Assembly (NCBI RefSeq): GCF_036588685.1
Contig: NC_086386.1
Span: 1,302,001 to 1,366,000, forward strand
Reading direction: 5' to 3'
Length of the DNA stretch: 64,000 nucleotides
Origin: Mytilus trossulus
Lineage: Eukaryota
Part shown: positions 38,153 through 51,500 of the stretch, in pieces
Position numbering within the stretch: the stretch's first letter is position 1
How the letters are laid out: each line of letters begins with the position of its first letter
The notes under the pieces: generated by a model
Seen by the model: only the letters and a program-made list of their open reading frames with translations
What the model was told of the DNA's origin: nothing
The model's database searches: none
Made by a program: the position numbers and the translations under genes

Positions 38153-39766
38153 CATACATTACTTTATATATTGTGATCAAATCAGAATACATTGCTTAGC
38201 ACATGGACATTGGAATAACACATGTTACAAGATTGAATAAAAGACACTTAACATTACAATAGAACAATGGAGTCATGAATACTAGTTGGATTTTCATTGG
38301 TTTAGAATAATGAACAGTAGAGACCTGAATACTAGTTGGATTTTCATTGGTAGGGAGAAACAAGGAACTGAGATACTCTATACAATACAAATCTTAGCAT
38401 CTTCCATAAGACCACATAACAAAACAGATGATTGAATAGAGATTTTTCTCGAACTATTAAAATTGTTTCCAGGGAAAATAAATGAAACCACAATACTTGA
38501 TACCAGGGATTACAGATAATGGCAGAAAGTAATAAATAGCCGTCATAATTATTCTCATTGTTTAAGTTATATCTATGTATAAAGTCTGTGATGGAAGTGA
38601 ATAGTATAATAAATATAGAATGTAAATAGTTTGATATTTATTTATCTTTTTGAAGTAAAACTGTTATGAAATGGTTCCTAATCTGAGGGATTATTGTGCT
38701 TGGGCATTCTTCTGAAGCCACAATGTCAAATTATTTTTCACCACAAAAAACTGTAAAATATCAAACGGGAAATATGAAGTTTAATTGCCATTGAGATAGC
38801 TATACATTACCGTTATAAATACTCTACAAATTAAAGGAAATATGTGGTATGATTGCCATTGAGATAGCTATACATTACCGTTATAAATACTCTACAAATT
38901 AAAGGAAATATGAGGTATGATTGCCATTGAGCCAGCTTTACATCCGAGTCCAAAGAAACGATAAGGTTACAACTAAAGGGTACCATACAACCTTGTCATT
39001 CAACAATGAGCAAAATCCATAATGTATAGTTGTCAATAAGATTTCCTAGCATGACATTATTTCAAATGATTCAACAGAAAACAAAAATATGACACCTAAA
39101 AAACAAAAAGGAAGCAAGCTTGTGTGTTATTGTAAGAGGTCAGCCTGCATTTGACATTGGAAAGAGGACAAGAAACATTAAAGATATCAGTTTGAAACGA
39201 TAGGACATGTATGATCCTATGGAAAACAAAAGTATTGACATAATCCTGTACTTGAGAAATCTTTTCAGAAAAATTTGAAAGATTTGGTTTGTTATTGTCT
39301 CGACTGCGATGAGTCGCAAAATGTATATATAGGGATCACTATCCTGTAGTAAACTATTTGTATAAAGCTTTGTATTTCAGAGGGTAGAATATATGGAGGT
39401 TTCACACCTTTTTTGCAGATGTTTTATGTTGCAAAGTTTCTGTCTGTCATATGTCCATTGTCCTTGACCTCATTTTCAGTTCCTTGCAAGGTCGAAACTT
39501 TCTCCAAGACAGAGTTCACCTGAGCTGATCTCATTTTATGTATCATTGATCAATGTTTAAGTCCTTTTCTGAGATACTATAAGCAGTACTATAGGTCAAC
39601 TCTATATTTGGTGTATGAAATTATTGTTAAGTAAACAAGTCAGTCTGGCAGACCTGTTTCATTTGACCTTTACCTCATTTTTATTCACAGTTTATAATAT
39701 TATGTTTTCCTGGTGAAATCTGTTTCTCAGATAATTCAACTATATTTGTTTCACAGAATGAACACA

Positions 39767-40905
39767 TGGTGACTATGTCTGGCAGAGTTTACCTCATGGT
39801 GACTTTGTCTGGCAGAGTTTACCACAGGGTGACTATGTCTGGCAGAGTTTACCACAGGGTGACTATGTCTGGCAGAGTTTACCTCAGGCTGACTATGTCT
39901 GGCAGAGTTTACCTCAGGGTGACTATGTCTGGCAGAGTTTACCACAGGGTGACTATGTCTGGCAGAGTTTACCTCAGGGTGACTATGTCTGGCAGAGTTT
40001 ACCACAGGGTGACTATGTCTGGCAGAGTTTACCTCAGGGTGACTATGTCTGGCAGAGTTTACCACATGGTGACTATGTCTGGCAGAGTTTACCTTATGGT
40101 GACTTTGTCTGGCAGAGTTTACCACAGGGTGACTATGTCTGACAGAGTTAACCTCAGGGTGACTATGTCTGGTAGAGTTTACCACAGTGTGACTATGTCT
40201 GGCAGAGTTTACAACAGGGTGACTATGTCTGGCAGAGTTTACCTCAGGGTGACTATGTCTGGCAGAGTTTACCACATGGTGACTATGTCTGGCAGAGTTT
40301 ACCTTATGGTGACTTTGTCTGGCAGAGTTTACCACAGGGTGACTATGTCTGACAGAGTTAACCTCAGGGTGACTATGTCTGGTAGAGTTTACCACAGTGT
40401 GACTATGTCTGGCAGAGTTTACAACAGGGTGACTATGTCTGGTAGAGTTTACCACCGGGTGACTATGTCTGGCAGAGTTTACCTCAGGGTGACTATGTCT
40501 GGCAGAGTTTACAACAGGGTGACTATGTCTGGTAGAGTTTACCATAGGGTGACTATGTCTGGCAGAGTTTACCACAGGGTGACTATGTCTGGCAGAGTTT
40601 ACCTCAGGGTGACTATGTCTGACAGAGTTTACCACATGGTGACTATGTCTGGCAGAGTTTACCACAGGGTGACTATGTCAGGCAGAGTTTACCTTGAGGG
40701 TGACTATGTCTGGCAGAGTTTACCTCAGGGTGGCTATGTCTGGCAGAGTTTACCTCAGGGTGACTATGTCTGGCAGAGTTTACCTCAGGGTGGTTATGTC
40801 TGGCAGAGTTTACCACAGGGTGACTATGTCTGGCAGAGTTTACCACAGGGTGACTATGTCTGGCAGAGTTTACCACAGGGTGGCTATGTCTGGCAGAGTT
40901 TACAT
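39767..40905. repeat. 30-bp minisatellite (about 38 copies)
   Basis: Unit GTGACTATGTCTGGCAGAGTTTACC(A/T)CAGG. It accounts for the long periodic ORFs on both strands. Confidence 0.97.
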
Positions 40906-41028
40906 GACCTTGTTTTGCTGCTGGTTGTCAGTCTCCTTTTAATCATTAATACTGAAACATGAATTACACAAAATGTAGACGTTTATAGGATATCATATAA
41001 ACACTGTGAATCTTCCTACTAACCAAAG

Positions 41029-41517
41029 ACAAGAGTGCACACACTGAAATGTCTCGCTTTCTTTACTAATCATTGATATTATGTTGATAGACCTAAAATA
41101 TAAAGCTTTATTACAACTGTCACATAAACTCAACATTAACCAAGAAAACGAAACATTGATCAATGAACCATGAAAATGGTCAAGAAAAAGAGACCAAAAC
41201 ACAAACACTTTACCTTTAGCAATGGACTGTGAAAATGAGGTCAAGGTCAAATAAAACCTGCATAACAGACATATAGATCATAAAATATTTCCATACACCA
41301 AATATAGTTGACCTAAGGGAGCTACCATTTGATTTTTATGGGGGAGGGGGAGGGGGGCTAGGATGAAAAATTTTGTCCTGCCTTTTAGTTGTCATCTCTG
41401 TCCTGCCTTTATATTTTTCAGTCTATTCGGTCCTGCCTTTTTTTTCTTAGCTTATCCTGACTTTTTATACGACCGCAAATTTTGAAAAAATTTTCGTCGT
41501 ATATTGCTATCACGTTG

Positions 41518-41549
<32 letters not shown>

Positions 41550-44500
41550 CGAATACTTTTAGTTTTCGCACTCTAACTTTAGTAAAAGTTAATAGAAATC
41601 TATGAAATTTTAACACAAGGTTTATGACCATAAAAGGAAGGTTGGTATTGATTTTGGGAGTTTTGGTCCCAATATTTTAGGAATTAGGGGCCAAAAAGGG
41701 CCCAAATAAGCATTTTCTTGGTTTTCGCACTATAACTTTAGTTTAAGTTAATAGAAATCTATGAAATTTTGACACAAGGTTGATGACCACAAAAGAAAGG
41801 TGGGAGTTTTGGTTTCAACAGTTTAGGAATTAGGGGCCAAAAAAGGGCCCAAATAAGCATTATTCTGGGTTTTCGCACAATAACTTTAGTTTAAGTAAAT
41901 AGAAATCAATGAAATTTAAACATAATGTTTATGACCACAAAAGGAAGATTGGTATTGATTTTGGGAGTTAAGTCCCAACAGTTTAGGAATTAGGGGCCAA
42001 AAAGGGACCCAAATAAGCATTATTCTTGGTTTTCGCACCATAACTTTAGTATAAGTAAATAGAAATCTATGAAATTTAAACACAAGGTTAATGACCATAA
42101 AAGGAAAGTTGGTATTGATTTTGGGAGTTTTGGTCCCAACAGTTTAGGAAAAAGGGGCCCAAAGGGTCCAAAATTAAACTTTGTTTGATTTCATCAAAAT
42201 TGAATAATTGGGGTTCTTTGATATGCCAAATCTAACTGTGTATGTAGATTCTTAACTTTTGGTCCCGTTTTCAAATTGGTCTACATTAAGGTCCAAAGGG
42301 TCCAAAATTAAACTTAGTTTGATTTTAACAAAAATTGAATCCTTGGTGTTCTTTGATATGCTGAATCTAAAAATGAACTTAGATTTTTTATTATTGGCCC
42401 AGTTTTCAAGTTGGCCCAAATCGGGGTCCAAAATTAAACTTTTTTGATTTCATTAAAAATTGAATAAATGGGGTTCTTTGATATGCCAAATCTAACTGTG
42501 TATGTAGATTCTTCATTTTTGGTCCCGTTTTCAAATTGGCCTACATTAAGGTCCAAAGAGTCCAAAATTAAACTAAGTTTGATTTTAACAAAAATTAAAT
42601 TCTTGGGCCTCTTTGATATGCTGAATCTAAACATGTACTTATATTTTTGATTATGGGCCCAGTTTTCAAGTTGGTCCAAATCAGGATCTAAAATTATCAT
42701 ATTAAGTATTGTGGAATAACAAGTCTTTTCAATTGCACAGTATTGTGCAATGGCAAGAAATATCTAATTTCACAATATTGTGAAATAGCAAAATTTTTTT
42801 TAATTAGAGTTATCTTTCTTTGTCCAAAATAGTAAGCAAGAAATATCTTATTGCAAGATTTTTTTTTAATTGGAGTTATCTTTCTTTGTCCAGAATCAAC
42901 TTAAATCTTTGTTATATACAATATACAATGTATATTCACTTTTTACTACCAACTGATAAATTTAAATAATCTTTACCATTCAGTGATAACAAGCAGTTTT
43001 TTTACATCTTAATATTTTATGATGTATTTAAATTAGTAGTTATTGTTGCAAACTCCATTAGAATATTTTAATTGAGATTAGTTTTGGAATAAGGGAAAGG
43101 GGGATGTGATTAAAAAATTGGGTTCAATTTTTCTTATTTGAAATTTCATAAATAAAAAGAAAATTTCTTCAAACATTTTTTTGAGAGGATTTATTTTGAA
43201 CAGCATAGTGAATTGCTTTAAGAGAAAACAAAAATTTTAAATTCATTAGAACACATTCATTCTGTGTCAGAAACCTATGCTGTGTCAACTATTTAATCAC
43301 AATCCAAATTTAGAGCTGAATCCAGCTTGAATGTTGTGTCCATACTTGCCCCAACCGTTCAGGGTTCAACCTCTGCGGTCGTATAAAGCTACGCCCTGCG
43401 AAGCATCTGGTTTACAATTGTCATCCTGCCTTTTTTTTTGCCAAGTTACTCATCCTGCCTTTTTTTTTTACTCAAAATCCTGTCCTGCCTTTTTTTTCAA
43501 ATTTTATCACTGATCCATGAAATGAGGTTGAGGTCAAGTGAAAACTATCTGACGGGCACGAGGACCTTGCAAGCTACACACATACCAAATATAGTTATCC
43601 AATTACTTATAATAAGAGAGAATTTAACATTACAACAAGAGTGCACACGCTAAAATGTCTCGCCTTCTTTACTAATCATTGATATTATGTTGATAGTCTT
43701 AAGTATAAAGCTTTATTACAACTGTCACATAAACTTAAAATTAACCAAGATAGTTTCACATAGACCAGTGAACCATGAAAATATGGTAAAGATCAGATGA
43801 ACCATGTCAGGCAGACAGACATGTACAGCTAACAATGCTTCCATACAACAAATATGGTTGACCTATTACTTATAGTTTGAGAAAAATAGACCAAAACACA
43901 TAAACTTAACATTGTCCAATGAACCGTGAAATTGAGGTCATGGTCAAATAAAACCTGCAGAACTGACATAGATCATAAAATATTTCCATACACCAAATAT
44001 ACCGGTAGTTGACCTTTGGCATATAATATTAGATAAAAAGACCAAAACTCAAAAACTTAACTTTGACCAATGAACCATGAAAATGAAGTCAAGGTCAGAT
44101 GACATCTGTCAGTTGGACATGTACACCTTACAATCATTCCATACACCAAATATAGTAGACCTATTGCATATAATTTAAGAAAAACAGACCAAAACACAAA
44201 AAACTTAACTATAACCACTGAACCATGAAAATGAGGTCAAGGTCAGATGACACCTGCCAGTTAGACATGTACACTTACAGTCCTCCCATACACCGAATAT
44301 ACTAGCCTTATTGCTAATAGTATCTGAGATATGAACTTGACCACCAAAACTTAACCTTGTTCACTGATCCATGAAATGAGGTAAAGGTCAAGTGAAAACT
44401 GTCTGACGGGCCTGAGGACCTTGCAAGGAACACACATACCAAATATAATAATCCTATTACTTATAATAAGAGAGAATTCAACATTACAAAAAATCTGAAC

Positions 44501-44725
44501 TTTTTTTTCAAGTGGTCACTGAACCATGAAAATGAGGTCAAGGACATTGGACATGTGACTGACGGAAACTTTGTAACATGAGGCATATATATACAAAGTA
44601 TGAAGCATCCAGGTCTTCCACCTTCTAAAATATAAAGCTTTTAAGAAGTAAGCTAGAGCCGCTGCTGCCGGATCACCATCACTATTTCAAGCTTTCTGCA
44701 ACAAAAGTTGCAGGCTCAACAAAAA
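41029..44725 (-). mobile_element. Cluster of nested non-autonomous Helentron-like repeats (AGGTCAAGGTCA-rich family)
   Basis: ACAAGAGTGCACAC(A/G)CT(G/A)AAATGTCTCGC starts copies at about 41029 and 43635. Segment 43507-43634 matches 44361-44490. A related copy in the opposite orientation lies at about 39290-39720. Confidence 0.65.
41462..43412 (+). mobile_element. Helentron-associated non-autonomous element (HINE/DINE-1-like), apparently complete
   Basis: 5' subTIR TTTATACGACCGCA (41464-41477) and its perfect inverse TGCGGTCGTATAAA (43374-43387). Also a short 5' inverted repeat, a (GTC)n microsatellite at about 41519-41549, internal ~155-bp and ~260-bp tandem units, a 3' stem-loop GCTACGCCCTGCGAAGC and T-rich insertion ends. 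Confidence 0.85.
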
Positions 44726-45181
44726 CTAGTGACCCACTTTCTGTAGCCTTCGTCACAATACAGGGTTTGAAATTGGCAATGGCCCCTAAAATTTGGTGTG
44801 AGCTTCTTCAATTTCTGCTTTTCTTGTTTAGGACTAGATGTAGGATACAAAATTTAAACTGTGGGCTACAATTGCCAAAGTCTTAAGTTCAATCCCTGCT
44901 ATATAATTAGATAAGTTCAATAATATCCTGGATAATTTTATATTTGGTTTGCAGATAATGTTGGTTGTAGGTTATAAGCAATTTGTATAACTGTTTGCAG
45001 AGTTTGAAAAATGCACAGATGTAATAACTCAAACCAGTACATGTTGATGCAATTTTTTTTTAATGTGTTGGAGGCTGAACTCAGAAAAGATGAACATCCA
45101 AAGTCACTGTCCCTATGCTGTTGGTTTTGTCAGCAACAGTTTTCATTCTATGTCGGTGGCTCAACTCTGACATTAATTAAA

Positions 45182-45897
45182 CCAACTGTTTCTATACTTC
45201 GGGTTTTGTCAGTAAGGATATCTTGACTGTGGGATGAACTAACATTTTCTGCTCCAACTGGTTCTATACTTTGGGTTTTGTCAGTAAGGATATCTTGACT
45301 GTGGGATGAACTAACATTTTCTGCTCCAACTGTTTCTATACTTTGGGTTTTGTCAGTAAGGATATCTTGACCGTGGGATGAACTAACATTTTCTGCTCCA
45401 ACTGGTTCTATACTTTGGGTTTTGTCAGTAAGGATATCTTGACTGTGGGATGAACTAACATTTTCTGCTCCAACTGTCTCTATACTTTGGGTTTTGTCAG
45501 TAAGGATATCTTGACCGTGGGATGAACTAACATTTTCTGCTCCAACTGTTTCTATACTTTGGGTTTTGTCAGTAAGGATATCTTGACCGTGGGATGAACT
45601 AACATTTTCTGCTCCAACTGTTTCTATACTTTGGGTTTTGTCAGTAAGGATATCTTGACCGTGGGATGAACTAACATTTTCTGCTCCAACTGTTTCTATA
45701 CTTTGGGTTTTGTCAGTAAGGATATCTTGACTGTGGGATGAACTAACATTTTCTGCTCCAACTGTTTCTATACTTTGGGTTTTGTCAGTAAGGATATCTT
45801 GACTGTGGGATGAACTAACATTTTCTGCTCCAACTGGTTCTATACTTTGGGTTTTGTCAGGAGAATATCTTGCCTGTGGGATGCTCCAACTAGTTCT
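45182..45897. repeat. 72-bp minisatellite (about 9.5 copies)
   Basis: Unit CCAACTGTTTCTATACTTTGGGTTTTGTCAGTAAGGATATCTTGACTGTGGGATGAACTAACATTTTCTGCT starting at 45182, 45254 and onwards. Confidence 0.95.
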
Positions 45898-48527
45898 ATT
45901 ATTGTATTATGTGAGAATGTTTGCTCTGTGTTGAAGGCATCACTGTGACTTATAAAGAACACAATAAAAGTGTTGTTTCTTTGGTCTTTATAGATTGGTA
46001 GCCTATACTTTTTTATTTTTTACTGTAACACTAACTGTGTGAAGTTTACGGTGGTGTCTGTTGTCAAATTTTGGCTTTTTAATTGTCACTAATCTTATGC
46101 CTATGTCTTTTGCCAGGTGCTTGTAGCTATTTTGATTCATGTGTTTATATACTCTTTTTTCTTCAGTCATTTCATTAAGAATGATCAGCTATGAGTTAGA
46201 ACTAAGGGTCATGAATAAAGTGAAATGTTGAAAGCTTTGTGAATCAGCGGGCAGAGATCACTCTAGCACACAATGAACGCACAATGCCTTTCAGAGATCA
46301 AACTAGCACATGATAACCTCACAATGCCCTTCAGAAATAATATTTAAATAATAAGACAACTAAACTTTTTTTCAATTTTAATGTCTCATTTTAAGACATT
46401 ATCAATGATCACTACAAAAATGAAACAAAACTCAATAACTCATGATAAATAGATCATGTTATACGGAGATAATACAAAGAAAGTTCACTCAAGTGGTTCA
46501 TAACATAATAACTATAACCCAGAATATGACATCGGTATAATAATAGTCAGACAGAATATGACATCGGTATAATAATAGTCAGACAGAATATGACATCGGT
46601 ATAATAATAGTCAGATAGAGTGCTTTATATTCATTGTTCTTATGTAACGTTCATTTTAATTGGATAATGCCACAAATTTTAGATCATCAATTCTTTCCTT
46701 GATTAATGACCTAAAATTGTGTGGGCAAGAACAGATGATAGATGTATATAACTAATAAAATTAACAATTAAAAGTTATATAATATAAACACAAGTCTTTT
46801 CGTTATATAATAACACAAAAGTAGTTTAAATATATAATATAACACAGAAATCTTTGAGTGAAGTTATGTGACCAATGAAATACTTTAATAAGAATTCTGG
46901 TGTACCTTCAAATATACCTAGTATTAGTACACCACAATACTTTATGATACAGGCAACATTATACAATAACAAAAACAACCAAAGCATAGTACTCAGGGAT
47001 ACATACTGTATTGAAGTGAAACTCATCAAAATATATATCTTCATTTGAGTAGCCATATAAATGTTTACATAAATCCTTCAAGTGTGGTTTTGATTATAAA
47101 TTATTCAAGTGAAAAATATAACTTTAAAATTACCAAGAATGAAAATAATATCTGCATAAAAAAACTTGTATTATAACTACTCTGTAAAGTATCCCTGGGA
47201 ACAAAACAATAATAATAATACAATAATTATACTGAAATCTGCACAAGACAAATACAAGTATTTGCATTGTGGATGAAGTCCATTTATTATTTGTGTGCCC
47301 ACAAAGTAATAAACAATATCATCAATTTCTCTCCAGTGTCTATGTATTTAAAAAGGGCTTTATTTAAATATTCTAATATTTTTAGGCCATTGGTGTCTAT
47401 TCTATATTTTTGGGGTCTGTTAATCTATTTTTGTATATCTCAGACCCGTAATACTGTATTTTGTTAACTTTACCTAGTCCCTCATGATAACTTAACAAGT
47501 TTAACAAGTTTTACATATTTGTACCACTATAAAAAGTCAATTATAAATAAGGTTTTAATAATGAATGATCTATCATTACAGAACTAATGGATTAACAGTT
47601 AGGTCAGTTACTTGACGACGAAACAAACTAATGATATTTACATTGTATTGTTATTTTATTAAATACATATTGTGGAGCTATTATTCCGACTTATAAAGAA
47701 TGACAACAAATTGTCATGAATATATTATAAAACAATGGTTACCATGGTTACCACAGACTAGTGATAACAGCCCACTGTAGAGAAGTTGATGATACAATAG
47801 GTATAAAATAAAACAAAATAGTCTTATACAGAAACTTGTACACATACAATTTCCTATCATTATAAATTACAGCACTTCTGGTATAATACTTCATACAGAT
47901 AGAGACATATGTCTCCCTGCTTCATATTCTACTTCTCATTAGACACCAAGGTCAATGGTCTATCTAAAGGAGAGGTTAACTCCATATAAAGAATCTATAA
48001 AACTGTGATGAACTTTGTATTCTAATGTATAAGGGTCAAATGTTCCTTTTCATTTACTTTAAGAATCTAAACTGAATACATGATCAAGTGTCATGGATTG
48101 TCTCATTGACATATACCCAATGTCTCCCCACACTACCCTAAAATGACTTACAACATACAACTGTTTTTGGTATAAAAAGAAGGTATTCAAAATATAAAGT
48201 AGAAATCAAATATGTCCTCCACCATCTTATTTCAACTTCCAAATATATTGTGAGCTCAATTGTTTGACGCTTTTCCCTGGATTTAACTGTTTGTTGACAA
48301 TTCTAAGCAATTTCTAATATAAACCAACTTCTTCTTCAATTTTTAAACATTTCCAATTATAAAATAGCAAATATTCAGAATTCAGAAGGATTTTTTCCAA
48401 AAATACAGATCTAAAATAAGAATATAAAAAAATCTTTACATCAACTAACTCAGTTAGAAGTGTTTTTAAAGTTTTATACAATAAAACATTGATATAATTA
48501 TGATGTTTGTAGACCTGACCATGTTAT

Positions 48528-51500
48528 TCAATCGTCCTCAATAGACCCATGAAAAATCCAACTTTCTTCTACAATAACTTTAACTCGTTTCTCATACTCC
48601 CTTTTATTGTCTTTGTATAGCTGGGCTGCCACATTATTTGCAGGGCTATTTGGATTTGGTTCATCAAGCAAAGACTGAAATAATACCCAAATTGGGACTA
48701 AACTTTATTTTAAAATTTACAGTATTTTATGACTATATGATAACGTTCATTGTTAGAATTTATAACCATTTAACTACTATTGAATAGATGAACTGTTAAC
48801 ACAGAGATTTGTCTGTGTGGCCTTAATACAATTTATCATTGCAGACAACAAGTTACCTCCCTTACCAACATGATCAAGATCTCTGAAATGTTTAAGTCAT
48901 ACTACATAAATCATTATCACAGAAAAAATCCTAAAAACTTTCTCATTTCAGATATCTGATCATAAAAATGCTTTGATTTGATTGTTCTCAATCATAAGTT
49001 TTTTTTGTAAAACTTGATAAAACACAAGTGAAAATAAAATAAATCCCTTGAATTTTACAACTGATTAAAAACATGATGCTGTAACTAGCAACAGATGAAA
49101 AATTACCCATTTGTCAGGCATATTTTTACTCTTTTTTTTTGGTGCTTACTTAACAATACCATAACTGACATTGGACTTAACAAGACTGGAACACATCTAA
49201 ATGGTACAATTCAATCAAACATTAACAAACATATGTTGCCCTTTCAGAAATGACTGTTAGGGGCTGTCTCATAACATATTTATATTGAAATTCTAATACT
49301 TTACGAGTTCAATTGACATGACTATTTTCTGAATTTCAGAATTATAAACAGCTCAATATGCTGATCAACATTCTAAAATGATGTTAGTTATAAAATCTAC
49401 ATGTAGTTTAAAATTAACGACACCAAATAAGGAAAAGTTCTGAGACAACCCCTTACAAGGAAAAGATATGTGTACATTATCAATGGAGAGATTTTTAACT
49501 GCATGTCTAATTAATGAAAGCTGTTGCTATGACAATTCTTTAGTTGTGTCCTCCTCATCGTCCGAATCATCTTGCCAGCTTTGTTGCACTATTGATGCTA
49601 CTTTTTTCTCATATTCTCGCCGATTTTCTCTATATAACTGAGCAGCTTCATTATTTGCTGGGCTATTTGGATTTGGATCGTGAAGTAAAGACTAAAATCA
49701 GAAAGAGACAATAATGTGCTAGGATGATGACAGATATGGATGATGAAGATGACCTAAAGTAATGTCGTCAACAACGGGATGTTAAACCAAAATAATTTAT
49801 TTTCTGTTTATTTCTAATTGTTTAATTTCCAAGCACCTGTACAAAGTAACATGATGTAAGGGAAGCAACCAACTGAAGACAATAATCTCTCAATTCCTTA
49901 TAAATGACTCATATGATAATTTCACTGTACATATACACATTCATATTTCAATATTTGTTAAATTTGCTTGGCTATAACAAGTAAATGCCTTGACCTTGAG
50001 TAAATTTTTAAATATATTTTAGTTTTTTTTCAATTTTTATTAAAATACCAGCAAAGTAAAATGTGTAATGTCTTGTAAAATCTTACAAATGATACAATGG
50101 TTGATGATTAATACCCATGTTCTGATATAGAGGTAAATATGGCTAGTGTTATATGTAACCTTACCTGTATAGAGGTAAATATGGCTAGTGTTATATGTAA
50201 CCTTACCTGTATAGAGGTAAATATGGCTAGTGTTATATGTAACCTTACCTGTATAGAGGTAAATATGGCTAGTGTTATATGTAACCTTACCTGTATAGAG
50301 GTAAATATGGCTAGTGTTATATGTAACCTTACCTGTATAGAGGTAAATATGGCTAGTGTTATATGTAACCTTACCTGTATAGAGGTTAAAATGGCTGATG
50401 CATCATATGTAGGACTCTACCTGTATAGAGGTAAATATGGCTAGTGTTATATGTAACCTTACCTGTATAGAGGTAAATATGGCTAGTGTTATATGTAACC
50501 TTACCTGTATAGAGGTAAATATGGCTAGTGTTATATGTAACCTTACCTGTATAGAGGTTAAAATGGCTGATGCATCATATGTAGGACTCCATCTATTTTG
50601 TAAAATATCTAAACATATACTACCATCAGCATAAACTGAAACAATATAATGTTAGTAAATAAATACATTATCAACAAGCAATTCATACAAATTCATAAAA
50701 TAACAAGAATGTGTCCAAAGTACACGGATGCCGCATTCACACTATCATTTTCCATTTTCAATGGACCCTGAAATTTGGCAAAGAATTTAATTTGGCATTA
50801 AAATAAGAAAGATCATATACCATAGGGAACATGTAATTGGACTTCAACTTCATTAAAAACTACATTGACCATGTTGACCAAAAACTTTAACCTGAAACTC
50901 GCACTTTCATATTCTATGTTCAGTGGACTGTGAAATTGGGGTTAAAAGTCTAATTTGGCTTCAAAATTAGAAATATCATATCATAAGGAGCATGTGTATA
51001 AAGTTTCAAGTTGATTGGACTTCAGCTTCATCAAAAACTACCTTGACCAAAAACTTTAACCTGAAGCGGGACAGATCAACAGACGTACAGACCAGAAACG
51101 TAATGCCCCTCTACTATCGTAGGTGGGGCATAAAAATAATTGAATACATTCCTGTACCAAAATGTGTTGTGGATTGATGGTTATTCTGGAACTTTGTATA
51201 AAACACAAAGAAAGATGCGTTTGTTAACTTGTCATTATATACAGCTCATAAATTAATCAGTCAAATTTATAAGTAAGTGTATGTTCACTTGTGTTAATAT
51301 GTCTTTTGATTGAGTCCAGCCATTTCAACTGATATTTTATAGTGTATGTGTCTTTCTATGTTGTGATGTTACACTATTGTTTCTGGAAAGGGTGAGGGTT
51401 GTACCTACATGTAATAAAACAATGTACCCTATCAAAACGTTTAAAAGCACCGCTGTATTTGTTTGCACCTGTCCAAAGTTAGGAATCTGATGTTCAGTAG

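Noticed and set aside
39751-40962. Long ORFs of 304 aa (minus; HSHPVVNSAR repeats) and 398 aa (plus; VTMSGRVYHR repeats)
   Set aside because: Both arise from a stop-free 30-bp minisatellite. They overlap on opposite strands, a 1-bp insertion near 40695 shifts frame, and there is no unique domain or signal peptide.
48528-48674. Second RAD6 paralogue or pseudogene
   Set aside because: Only the last exon is duplicated and no other RAD6 exons lie between the two copies, so alternative terminal exons is the simpler reading.
50139-50634. Plus-strand ORFs with [14 protein letters not shown] repeats
   Set aside because: They are the antisense reading of the 42-bp UBE2A donor array.
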